From NCBI GenBank assembly GCA_050575255.1, contig JBNZDD010013670.1, positions 3,513,457 to 3,577,456 of the forward strand: a stretch of DNA of 64,000 nt, written 5' to 3'. The notes beneath the pieces are model-generated. The model was given only the letters and a program-made list of their open reading frames with translations, had not been told where the DNA came from and searched no databases. A program made the translations under genes and the position numbers. How positions within the stretch are numbered: position 1 is the first letter of the stretch; the number at the start of each line of letters is the position of its first letter. The DNA is from Harriotta raleighana. Taxonomy: Eukaryota. This document shows positions 49,451-61,610 of this stretch, piece by piece.

Positions 49451-50506
49451 CAACTATTGACTATCCTCCTTGAGGGGAAAGTAAGCAGGATTTCCATGGA
49501 GCTGAACTGGCTACAAGATGACAGTTTTGGCAATGGAATGTCAAATTTGACACAGATCCCTGTTAAGGTCTTGATAGTCCGGTTCCTAAACCAGGCGAGT
49601 CCACAATATTCCAGGGAACTGCTGATGACAGCCCAGCCAGCCAGGGTCATGGGCGGAGCTGTCTGTGGAGGAGACGTTAAATGTACGTTACTCCCTTCTG
49701 TACATTCAGATGAACGCTAAAGATCCCACAGCATCGTTCAAAATAAGTTTTTCCCAGTGTTTGGGCCAACAATTCAAAATACACAATTCAAAATACACAA
49801 TGCAAAATACAAAAGCAAAATACTGTACACGGTAACTATACTTTTTTAGTAAAAAATCCTGTGAAAGACTTTGAGCTGTTTTGAATATGTTATAAAGCAG
49901 TGTCTCAAATGCGAGGAATATTATCAGTTATTGGTGACATGTTCCTTTCAAGAACATATTCTATTTCAGATAAAAGAGGTGCAATATTTTACAATTCAAA
50001 TGCTGTCTGAAGCAATGTCATATATCCAGCAAGCAAGCTAATTCAGGTAAGGTGAGGCTAGTGTTAAATACTGTATTATTGGAAGAAGGGATGGCTTCAG
50101 CGGAAAACTAATTTAATACACTTCCTACATAATTGAAAACCTTCCTGCTAGACTACATGAAATCATCTGAACTCAGAAAGCAAGCAGAAGGAATCTGAAT
50201 AACAAACAAAAACAAATAAGAACTGAATAGCCACTGGTGAAGAGAGCTACCAGTGGAATATTTTGCACTCCAACATAACATGAATGTGGCGGTCTTCAGA
50301 AACATCTCTCAACATCCAAAGGGGTGTCAGATTACATTAGCTCAAACAGGAAAGAGGCTATAAGTAAGGCTGGCTCCTGTAATTCTCCCCACTTGGAGAG
50401 AGTTGACACAATTCCGACATTCCATTGCCAAATACATCACCTTGGAGCCAGTTGAGCTCTAAGAGAGTCCCGTTTACCTTCCCCAAGGAAAATGGTCACT
50501 AGTTAG
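49451..50506. repeat. Inverted repeat pair U2 (arms ~49451-49555 and ~50401-50506)
   Basis: Left GAGCTGAACTGGCTACAAGATGA..TTTGGCAATGGAATGTC versus reverse complement of right GAGCTCAACTGGCTCCAAGGTGA..TTTGGCAATGGAATGTC. Confidence 0.8.
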
Positions 50507-53009
50507 TGTTTGACATCCGATAAGGTCAGAGTTGAGCCCTCACTAGGAGGATAATAGGTACCAGGAACTCCCTATGAGCTTCCTGTTGAGAAGCACAGTT
50601 CAACAAGAAATGAGTTGGGAGGAATGGTAAGTATTTTGGCAGAATTAGATCAAATGGGCCGAGGGCCTTCATCTGAATGTCTCTTGTGATAAATGGTTTT
50701 AAAGTAAACAGCTCCATCTGTTCCATTCTGTTCAGTTCATCTCCCCGTTTCACTACATCTGCATTAACATTGGCTGACTGCTGTTTAAACCAAAAAAAAC
50801 TGCTTCTGCAATTGCCCACAAATTGTTCTGTAAATGTGCATTCTACATGCTAGCCAAAATGTAACAGCAAGTAATGGCTTAGGGCTGCTCTGGTGGGAGG
50901 CAGCAATATTAAGCAAGCATATGCATGGCTTGGCTTTGAGTAACAAACTCATTTTATAATAACAGGTGTCATTATAAATACGTTTTGTGACTGACTTCAA
51001 TTGTTAAATTCTGAAATGATTTAGCTGTAAAAATGGTGGAATCCAACACCTAACCCTCTGGATGTGCTGCGCAGTTGGCACAGCACACACAGGTTTTCAA
51101 TTTTGTTCTCTCCTGCAGCACTTTTCCTGGGTGGTATTCGACAGTAATGTTTTACTTTGTTCATTTTTAGCTATTTTCTCTCAGAACTGACCTCGGGGGT
51201 TTCGATCCTTTATTTGATCTTTTTTTTCTCTTTTGAGGCTCATTTTATCAAATTGAGTTTAATATTTAAGTTGCGCTTGTTAGGTTCAAATGGGAAGTCA
51301 GCCTGAGGTTATACTTCACAAGCTAAACCAGTTTGCTATCCTTTATTTTCACTTCTTATTTCAATAACTCATTGTAGGCCCCCATACCTGCCCATTTTCC
51401 TTTTTTCTCTCTCCTCCAATGTTCTCTCTTCCCCGACTCATCTCCTTGAGCCTTTTTGACCAATTTATCTTTCTACTGCGGTTAGCTTCCTTGGGTACCA
51501 GTCACTCAAGAAGCTATTATTCATGAAGAAATCTGACCACTGTGACGTTATCCCAAAACAGACGACAATTTATTGCAACACTTGTAATCACAGCCCAGCA
51601 ATATTGTGGCTACCAAGAAGATCTATTACAATCTCCTCCAGTTTACTAGCACGGAAACTTTCCCTCTGGCATCTGTGGAGAATTTCACAAATTATAATGC
51701 CAATTATTTGAACATTAATGCTGAGTTGCATGGCATTTGGCAAATGTACAAAACCTGTGACACCAGTGAAGGTGAAATTCCATGAATAGGGACACAATTA
51801 TCTCTCAAGAACATAGCACTGCTGGAAATTCCCCAAAAGGCAATGTGATATGTATCTTACCATTGTTCTTAGGGACAGAGAGTAACAGAAGAGAGTGATC
51901 TTGTTCAACTGATTATGTTAGCAATTAAAACAGTAATTGTCTTTATAAATTTTATGTCTGTGCATCGGGTGAGACATTAAATCGAGGCCCTGTCAGATAG
52001 ACATCAAAGATCCCACGGCACTATTCAAAAAGAGAAAGAAGTTTCTTCCGTTGCCTTGACAAACAATCTCCAAGATAAAATTGATGATTCATTTCTCGGC
52101 TGTCTGAGAGAAGGGGCTGCTGCATTTGCCTGCAAATACCCTGTCACTACCCGTTACAGTAAATCCTGTGAAACATTTTGTGAATGGTGCTCTGTAAAAT
52201 GCAAGAATTATTATTTATTATTATAATAGAAAAATGTTGATCCAATTGATCTTTAAAAGAGCTACACTTTCTTTCAGCTGATAAGACCAGGAACACAAGC
52301 AAAAGTGCCAATAACTTGAGAAAGCAACAAAATGGTGAGACTCATAACACTATCTGAAACACTTATTGAATTATGTGCTAGAAAGTAAAGTTATTAATAT
52401 ACTTGAACTTTCCAATTTAATAAACTCCCACATGATGCAATTAAAGGGGATTGAGTTATATGAGATTAATGGGAAACTGGCTCTTCGGAATGAACATTTA
52501 CTTGCAATAAAAAAGATGAAGGTGATGTAAAAGGAATAGGCTGTTACCATATTATTAAGAAATCCAATTAACAACTACTGTAAATTAGACCCCAACATAT
52601 AAGCTATAGAACTTTAAAAAAAATTGTTGATGGTACTTAATTATGTGTCTAGGGAATGAACTAAGTGAAATTGATAGTATTAAAGGTGTCAGTCTTCCTT
52701 AGTTGGTTGCATTCTCACATCTGAGTCAGAAGGTCATAGTTTCAAGCCCTCAACAGTCTAGGCTGTCACTCAAACATGTTAGTGGGGAGCACTGCTTTGT
52801 TGGAGGGCCCCTTCTTCATGTTATGTTAAAACCAAGGAGCTGCTTATCTATTGAGGTGGATGCCAACATTCACTACAATATAAAGAAGGGAAATTTCTCT
52901 AGGTATCGTGGCCAACAGTATTCTTGGTTGCTGCTTTCACCTACAAATACGTAATCACAACACTTGAAAATTTCACCATGACATATATATATATATAGAT
53001 CCCTGAACC

Positions 53010-53240
53010 AGAGACATTTACAGCACAAAAGAAGGCTGTTTAAAAATGGCTCTTTTTCTTTAAAAAGAGCAATCCTTTCAGTCCCATTTACCTTCTAGTT
53101 CCCTTTTGAAAACTGCATTCTATTTCAAACTATATCATAACCACTCTGTGAATGAAAAACATTATCTTAAACTTCCCATTTGACCATTCGTTAGTTATCT
53201 TTTATTGATGGCTTATTTTTTGGGAGCTCCCCTATTGCCT
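53010..53240 (-). mobile_element. Old CR1 3' end
   Basis: TTACAGCACAAAAGAAGGC..CATAACCACTCTGTGAATGAAAAAC (complement of FFxQRVV-coding). Confidence 0.55.
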
Positions 53241-53243
53241 ATT

Positions 53244-53350
53244 AATAATATTAATCCTTGCATTTGATTTACTGACATATCACTGCTTCAAGATATCTCA
53301 AAATGCTTCACAGAATGTACTGTGATGTCAACTGACTGTATATTTTGTGG
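53244..53350 (-). mobile_element. Young SINE 3' fragment; another at ~56005-56110(+)
   Basis: AATCCTTGCATTTGAT..TCTCAAAATGCTTCACAGAATGTACTG. Confidence 0.75.
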
Positions 53351-53749
53351 TTCAAATGGATAAAAGCACTACACAATGGCACAAGGTAAACAGACTAGAA
53401 TTTCAATCTTATTCTGTGCTAGTCAGCTTATCTCGGCCACTTAGCATTTGGGAGACTGGAATTGGATGCATCTATTTATGCCTGCCATTAAATTCAAAAC
53501 ATCCTATATTTTATTTTCTATAATACAGTTTAATTTACAGAGTTAATATGTGCACCAGAATAGTTTGCAATTACAATTCAGCCTGTGGGTTTAGGAGATT
53601 CATGCAGAACCTGTTCCACAAATCCTGGCTTTCTCACTTTCTCTCAAACTTTCCCATTGCTGATATTCTTGGATATTACTATTAAATGGTAAGTGAAAGC
53701 ATCAATGTGCTAATTACCAGCATCTCAAGTGATAATTTACCAAAACATA

Positions 53750-54144
53750 CAGTAAAACCCTGTTTATCTGGCACGCTCGGGTGGGCAGGTGGTCGACTAA
53801 TTGCCTGTGCCGGATAAACGGGGGATAAGTTGCTGAAAATCCAACATAAAAAATTAACTTATTTTAAAACATACCATGTTAAGAATAGACTACATAGTAA
53901 CAGAATATTGTGTAGATACTTACCAATAAAGCATTCTAGCACATTCGGGAAAAAATCGGTAATACATAATTTTTTACCAATCGGTAAAAAATAAACCCAA
54001 GTTCGTAAGTTTACTAAGTGCGCATCCACACGCATTGCACGCATGCGCAAAGTGAGCAAACTCGCGATTCTGGAATGGGGAATTGCCCCGGGAGGGGGTC
54101 GAGCAATTTGATTGATCGGATCACGGATGAATGAGGTTTTACTG
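53750..54144. mobile_element. MITE subtype A (most complete copy)
   Basis: TA-CAGTAAAACCCTGTTTATCTGG ... CGGATGAATGAGGTTTTACTG-TA. Confidence 0.93.
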
Positions 54145-55857
54145 TAGTTTGATAAACTAACAGTTGTTTATTTTATTGTACTTGATAAATTACTGTAGGA
54201 ATGTTGAAAATACTGCTATCAAAGCAGGTTAGGAAACCTATGTGAGTCACACATAGAGTATTTACCACCGAAAGGAACTTAAAGTATACATTTGGAATAA
54301 TTCCCCCCATTGACATTTATCTGCAGCAAAGCATAATTGAAGCATACAGTTACAAATGAATTAGTCAGAAAGATGCTTCAGTTAATTATACACTTCAAAG
54401 ATACAAAATACAGTAATAAGGCAGAGCCAAATGAACATAAGCAATATGTGTTTATCTTTCTTTGTTCTATTTTTCTGCTGTTCTAGTCAGCCTTCTTTGT
54501 CTTTCAGCTCACTGATCTCTCTCTCTGCCCTCAGATTTTCTTTGCCTACCTCATCAATTACCTTTCGGTCCTTATTTTATCTTAAAGCTACTTTGGACTT
54601 CAGCCCTTTTCTCTCTTTATCCGCACTTCTCCTTCAACTTGCTATGTATTTCCTCCTCTCACTTTTTCTTCTGCACGATGACTCCTTCCTCTTTTCAGAT
54701 TTAGACTTGCATTCATTGCCGGACATGGTATACTGGGACATTAGCGATTCACTGAAACCTTTATGATCAAAGAAATGAGGTGGCTCTATGTTACTATACT
54801 TCTGAAGGAAGAGTCATTTTCCTTTAGGATAAAACACACGAGACAAACCACAGTAACTCAAAGGCATGCATTTAAGATCACCAATACAAAACAAGCAGAG
54901 GTTAGGAATATTTTGTACACGCAAAAAACACAGAATACCCCACCAAAAGTGGTATTTGAAACAAAATCCCATAATAGTTTAAAAAAATAAATTGGACAAA
55001 TGTTTCAAAAAGACAAATACGATTTACTGTAAAAGGTAATGAAGAAAGAGCAAGGGAATGGGACTAAATGTATATACCTCTCAGGTAAAGATGGGTCAAA
55101 TGCTACCTTTTGTAATGTAAGATTCTGATTTTATAATTTGTGGGAGGTTTACATTTCAATGAATGCCACTCAACATTTTATGTGACATTAGGTTACCTAT
55201 TGCAAAATGTGCTACCTCTAAAAATCTTCTATTAGCCTTGCCTTTTAACATTGCATCTGATGGCATTAGGCATTGTATTTGTATAATGTTACAGAATCCT
55301 GGTCATTGTCCTATCCCAAAGCAGAGATATTGCAAGTTGATAAATGTTATTTCCCATCTTAAGACCTTTCTTTTCCACCACACATTTGTTCCCCAATCCC
55401 CATTCCTTCCCCCTTCCCCCTTTCACACTCACCTTCCTCAGCTCGCACTATACCTAGCTCAGGTTCACATGAAGTCCTCCTGAAGTGAAAAGTGCTCTGC
55501 AAATATAAAATTGTTGTTTTGTTAGAATTGACAAGGTAGTTAATGTGGTTGCTTCGGGATACACAAGTGCTGTGAGGAGTTTCAATTTATTATGATCGTT
55601 GTGATTCTGAAATGTGTTGTGAAGGAAACATTAATGCAGTAAAATAGGATAAAACATACAACACTTATGTGGAGTGTTCATTTTCAATATTTCCTCAACA
55701 ATAGCAATATTAATGTAAAATATTTATTATTAATGTAAATGCTTTGTCAGTTAATGACACAATTCGCAGAATTCGGTTGCTGCAATGATTCAATTGTATG
55801 CATTAATCTGAAAATATTATGTAACCTTGATTGCCTGGGAGCTTTATTATTTGAAAA

Positions 55858-56760
55858 GAATAGAATCACAGCACCATAAAAATTGTACAGCACAGAAGTG
55901 AAGCAATTTGTCCCCTCATTCTTGTGTTGATTCTTTACAAGTTATCTGTTTAGTCCTGTTCTACTGCCTTTTCCCCATACATTATATATTCCTATCAAGT
56001 GTTTTTCACACAACTATATAGTCAATTCACTTCACAGTATATTGTGAATAGCTTTGAGACGTCTAGAAGACCTGAAAAGCACTATATCAAATGCAAGGAT
56101 TATTATTATTGTTATTAAGTGTGCTTAGGATGATTCTCACTGGTCAAGCAGTGGAAAGGTTGCCAGGCAGAGGTCTCAATGGCAAGTTATAATGTTTTAA
56201 CTGGTTAAATTACAGAAGTACCGCAACACACACTCTCAGGACTTTTCATCAACCTGCTCCTAATATTTCCTGATGTTAGGTATGCAGAATGCGTCCCCCA
56301 AGGGGTAGCATGCACATTCTATTCTGGATCAGGGACATTTTTGTTTGTAGGTGGCTTACATATGTATAACTCTCAGTATAGTTTGGATACTCTTAAGGGA
56401 GGCAATGAAATTTCACATCTGACAGATCTGGCTGATCAAAAAAATATACAGTATATCTCTTTTTCAGTTATTTATCGAATTTCCTCTTAAAAACTAATAC
56501 TACAGTATATAGATTCTGCCTGAACCATTGTTCCACATCCTAATAGGATTCTGTGTGGAAAAAAATCTCTTAACCTTTCCCTCTGCTTCTTTGATAATTA
56601 CCTTAACTCTATGCCCTCCAGTTGCTGATTCACTGACCACTGGAAATAATTTTATGCTGTTTACAATTAAAACGCCTCATAATTTTAAATCCTCTAACCA
56701 TTCTCCTCTCATTCTTTCTGTTCTAGAGAAAATAGTACTAGTTCATCCAATCACTCCTCA
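55858..56760 (-). mobile_element. Old CR1 3' region fragmented by SINE and U1 (CR1 parts ~55858-55990 and ~56450-56760)
   Basis: AATAGAATC tail, TACAGCACAGAAG, TGTTCCACATCCTAATAGGATTCTGTGTGGAAAAAAATCTC, ACCACTGGAAATAAT, TCTTTCTGTTCTAGAGAAAA as in 62805. Confidence 0.65.
56150..56445 (-). repeat. Unclassified old repeat U1
   Basis: Minus strand TTTTTTGATCAGCCAGATCTGTCAGATG..TTAAGAGTATCCAAACTATACTGAGAG..GCCACCTAC..AGAATAGAATGTGCA. Confidence 0.72.
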
Positions 56761-56794
56761 ATGTCATCTCCTCAGAGCAATTACCTCACAAGTG

Positions 56795-57060
56795 TCGGTG
56801 TTTAGAGCACTCGACTTGCAAGTGAGAGACCTGGGGTTGATTCCCGGCAGAGCAAACTCTTGGGTAAATTTCCTTACTCCACATGCCTGATAATAATCCT
56901 TCTAAGAAAAAATCAATAATAATTTGGATCACTTCAATGCACGAGTGTTGGTGGGATACTACTATACGCAATTGGTTGCCATGTTTTCACCCACAAATAT
57001 TCACTTTAGTATATCACCAGAATATGTGAAAAGTGCTATATCAAATGCGAGGATTATTAT
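56795..57060 (+). mobile_element. Young SINE subfamily B, followed by SINE fragments to ~57225
   Basis: TTAGAGCACTCGACTTGCAAGTGAGAGACCTGGGGTTGATTCCCGGC; body and tail. Confidence 0.88.
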
Positions 57061-57717
57061 CATATGTAATTGAGAAAACCTGGGTTTGATTCCCAGCATG
57101 GCAAAATGCAAGGATTATTATTTTTATTATTATATGATATAGTACCTTAAAATATTTTAGAGATGACTCAAAGTGCACCATAGGATATTCCGTAAAGTGA
57201 ATTGACTATAACTTGTGGGAGAAAAAGAAATGTTTTTCTATTTATATTGCATTATATAATATTTTAAACAATTTTACCGGGTTCTTACATTTTGAGCATT
57301 ATTGACTGTATAAAGACAAGTATCACTACTGAATGTCCTTGAAATATTAAACATTTGTTCTATTCTCATTCTTCAGGTAATAACTTGACTCATGAATTAA
57401 AATATGTATTTTTCAATTACTGATAAAATGCAGCATCCATTGTACTTGCATGATATGATGTATTCAAATGACTGAGGATGAACAGCTATCTGGAATACTC
57501 TTAATGCAGTGAATAATGTCAGAAAAGATGTAAGCATAACTGGTGTATTATAGAAAGTGTTCCAAGATACTATCCAGGGTGAAGGACGCTATATAAATGG
57601 AAGTTAGCATTATTATCATTTTGAAAGAAAGCTATTATGCAAAGGGTATAGTGGATGGTAAATGGTGAACTGCTTTGTACTTCACCTTCCAAAATAACTT
57701 TCTGCGAGGGCCTATAA

Positions 57718-58047
57718 ATAATAATAATCGTTGCATTTTGATACAGCACTTTTCACATCTTATCAATGTCTCAAAGCGCCTCACAGAATATACTGTAAAG
57801 TGAATTGACTGTATATTTGTGGGCAAAACGTGGCAGCCAATTGCGCACAGCAGTGTTCCACAAACAGTTGTGGATTGAAATGACCAATTTTATTATTATG
57901 CTTTTTTTTGGAGGGATTATTATTATTATTATTAGGTATGTGGAGTAAGGAAACTTGCCCAAGGCTTCACCCTGACCTGCCTGGATTTGAATACGGGTCT
58001 CACACTTGTAAGGCGAGTTCTCTAATCACTGAGCTACAGGAGCTCCA
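57718..58047 (-). mobile_element. Young SINE subfamily A, full length
   Basis: Minus head TGGAGCTCCTGTAGCTCAGTGATTAGAGAACTCGCCTTACAAGTGTGAG. Confidence 0.92.
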
Positions 58048-58615
58048 TGACTTATAGTGGAATCGTTGAACAGCAGAGTCAGAAAAGAAGCAATAATACT
58101 CATTGAGAATAACAAAATGATTCCACATTTAAAAGAAAAAATAATGGATGGCTTGAGGTAACCAACAGACTTTAAGTCATAAATTTGATAAATAATTGTG
58201 ATCCACTTCCACCCATCCAGCACCCTCTGAATGCTTGAAGCGCACTAATCCATTGCATTTCTTCCACTGAAAATAAATTGAACATCTGGCTTGTGCTTTT
58301 ATGGTTTGGCGGAGGCAGAATCCATATCACATTACAATAGCTTTTTAGACACATAACTAAAGAGCAGTAATTTGCAAGGGTATGTAGAAACATTAGGTAA
58401 ATGGAATTTTATGCTCTCACGAACAGCCAAAAAACTTATGGTAGGCCAAGTGGCCATCTTCTATGTTATAAAATTCCATGGTTCTATAGGAATAATAAAT
58501 GTTGACTTTAAAATCTATATCATTTTACAACTCTCCCTATCATATCCAGACACTGTATTTGATGAATTCTGTACTAGTACAAATCGGCTCCAACTAAATG
58601 TGTTGTTGCTATATT

Positions 58616-59550
58616 CAACAACAACAACAAAATTACATTTGTAGAGCACTTTTCACATTGGGAGGACGTCCCAAGGCATGGGCAGTCAGTGTTTCAGACC
58701 CAATCTGGGGGTCAGGAATGGGGGGTTGGAGGGCAGTGGGGGAAGAGGGATGATTGAAGGCATGGTTTAAGAGGAATCTTGAGATGGGTCTTGAAGTAGG
58801 CATGGGCGGGGGAAGGCAGAAAGTCTACAGGATGGATTTCCAGAGAATGGGAGAAGAGTGACTGAAGGCTCGCCCACCAATGGTGGGGTGTGCGAGGCTG
58901 GGGAGTTGAAGCAGGCCTGGATGTTATGAATGCATGTATGAGGGCCACAGCAGCTGGTGGTGTGAGCCAGTGGAGCAGCAGATGTTGCAGACGTGAGGGA
59001 AAGCAGAGCAGGTCATGGCATAGCTGTGGGATAGAAAAGATAGTTGAGGTCAAATAAGACACCGAGGTTCTGGACTGGCGTAGTATGGTGGGGCGTGCAT
59101 CCTTGGACGGTGTTGTTGTCAGCTCCTGAATTGTGGAGGCGCTGGCAGAAGCCAGTCTTGACGTTCAACTGAAGAAAGTTAGCTCTGATTTAGGACTTGA
59201 TGTCTGACAGACATTCTGTCAAGAGTGGTGATGGAATCAAGGGTGTAGTCAGAAAGATAGAGTTAGGTGTCACCCGTGAACAAGTAAAAGTTGACCCGCT
59301 CATGATGTCACCACAAAGGAGCATATAGATACTGAAAACGAGAGGACCAAGGTTAGAGCCCAGAGGAATGTTCCACAATACTGTGCGGTGCTAGAGGAGA
59401 TACTGTTTGTGGAGACTTTGTGAATTAATTAAAACGCAGAACCATGAAGATTGAGGTGAGAAGAGAGGCGATGCGATGGAGGAGGAGAGAGAGGTCAACA
59501 GTCTCAAAGGCAGCAGAGCGGTCAAGGGGGACAACGAGGCAGAGCAGAGT
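58616..59550 (-). mobile_element. L2 LINE fragment(s), decayed ORF2 with deletions
   Basis: Minus LDRSAAFETVD, IPLGSNLGPLVFSIYML, ECLSDIKS, LIHAFITSR; (CAA)n tail at left. Confidence 0.85.
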
Positions 59551-59607
59551 TGGAGTGATGTACAGAATATATCCCATCTGTTTAAACTCCCTCCGCTATA
59601 AACAAGT

Positions 59608-59820
59608 TAATAATAATAATAATCCTTGCATTTGATATAACGCTTTTCACATCTTATCAACATCTCAAAGCATTTCACAGAATATACTGTAAGGTGAATT
59701 GACTGTATATTTGTGGGCAAAACACGGCAGCCAATTGCGCACAGCAGTATCCACGCAAACAGCCGTGAATTGAATATGACTAATTTTTATTATTGTGTTT
59801 TTTGGGGGAGGAATTATTAT
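59608..59820 (-). mobile_element. Young SINE, 5'-truncated
   Basis: (AAT)n CCTTGCATTTGATATAACGCTTTTCACATCTTATC..GGCAGCCAATTGCGCACAGCAG. Confidence 0.88.
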
Positions 59821-60740
59821 TTAGTTAGCTATTTCACCACATTAAATTTTTATAGTACTGGAACTGGTACAATATTCTTAATTTAGCTAAATTGACTCTG
59901 GTTAAATGTTATTAAATATAAACAAATTTAATACACTGTTGCAGTTACTTTTATGAAACACACTCACCTGTATATGTGCCTGATTCAAGTCTTTAATACC
60001 ATATTTGAGGCAAGTAAATCCGAATATATTATAATAGTAGATTTATGTTAAAATTTATAGACCACAACTATCTTAAACCACCCATTGTGAAACTTGTGAA
60101 ATTGAAATTTCGACACTAACCTAAATGTAGTAAAATAGATATCATGGATGTAAAGATAGCTCAATACCTTTTAAAATATTATTTAACAATAAAAATGGTT
60201 TGAAATAGCTGTGAACTAATATTCAAACCGATGAATATTTATGTTACCTCAACATAAGTATGTCACTTCAAAATGTCACAATTGATGCTCAAAATTCTGA
60301 ACTGATGTTATTAATAATAATAATGATCATTCACCTTTGCACTTTCATGTATCTTTCTTATCATATTTCTTATCACCTTGAAATGTACAGTTATTGTGTA
60401 TCTCAGGAAATGTGGCAACCACTTTTGGCACAACAATGCATAACACCAGAAAAAGAATACAAAAAAAATTGATCGCTCAATCCATGACTGTCTTTGGGAC
60501 ATTGCTGTGTGCAATTGGCTACTGTGTTTTCTATGCTGCAGATTTCTATGGTTCTAACCTTGTTCCACTTGCTTTTCATTTCAACTACAAAAAAAGGTTC
60601 ATTTGAAGCTTTACTGTTAAGATTGCAAAATTCAATCACTAGGAAACCCAGACTTTTTACAGTTTATGACGCCAATGGTGATAAATATCATCAACTTTCT
60701 TGAGAATTTCAGTTCTTGTATTATGCTTTCCAGCCAGTTA

Positions 60741-61191
60741 CAGTAAAACCCCGTTTATCCAGCACCCATGCGACCTGGCCAGTGGCAGTTAAATGGTTTT
60801 CTGGTTGAATGGATTTTTTTTTTAAAAAAATGTTTAAAATCTTTTTTTAAATGACAAATTATTTAAAGACATACCATATTAATAATAGACTAAATAATAA
60901 CTGAATATTGTATTAGTACTTTATTACTTATACTTAACTTCGCAATGGCAGCCCTCACCTGACCGAGGTAAAAAAAATGCGACTTTTAAAAGGAGCAGGA
61001 GCGAGTTTAGACCCAACTAGAGGCCAGTCACGACCACCTGCACCAGTACTCGCGTGCGACAGCCAATTCATTAAACCGTCGTCTCTATTCGCCGGATAAC
61101 TTCCGATTCATCGAATAGGGACTTTTTTTTTGAGATGGCGGTTGAACGGGTTTTCCGGTTCTTCGAGTCATGGATAAACAAGGTTTTACTG
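60741..61191. mobile_element. MITE subtype B
   Basis: TA-CAGTAAAACCCCGTTTATCCAG ... TGGATAAACAAGGTTTTACTG-TA; colinear with 23417. Confidence 0.93.
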
Positions 61192-61610
61192 TATACTGTT
61201 TTGAACTACATGCTGCAACAACATTATTGCTGAATGCTTCTATTCCATATTAAATAAGTGTAGGATAGTTTATACTCGTACAAGTAGGAAAGTCTGAAAA
61301 AAGACATTATTTACACAAATTTACAAATTTATATTAACGGTCTAAAATTCTAACATTGTGCATTTTATTTTAATTACTTAAGACAATTATACTTTAGTGC
61401 TTGTTCCAATAAAACATATTAAATATGCACAGTGACAAAGTGTCTGATTCATATTTTTGAAATAAAACTTTATATTAAGTTAATTTGCTTAGTTCTCATC
61501 ATCCTACCAATTAGTACTTGTTGGAAACAATATGTAGATTTGTCTATTGCCTGTTTAGTAAGATTAACATGTTCTTTAGAGTGGAAGTTTTATTCAAAAA
61601 TGTTATTTCC

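Noticed and set aside
49770-49823. 14-bp minisatellite CAATTCAAAATACA (also short tandem at ~46096-46136)
   Set aside because: Ordinary slippage repeats with no spacers; not CRISPR-like or otherwise functional on available evidence.
57352-57382. Plus-strand TTCTCATTCTTCAG|GTAATA as a second recursive site
   Set aside because: Weaker donor, opposite strand to the better candidate at 30595, no supporting context.
59960-59985. Minus-strand perfect donor CAG|GTGAGT; also minus-strand donors near 62182 and 63812
   Set aside because: No convincing acceptor plus recognisable reading frame upstream; such motifs are expected by chance in 64 kb.
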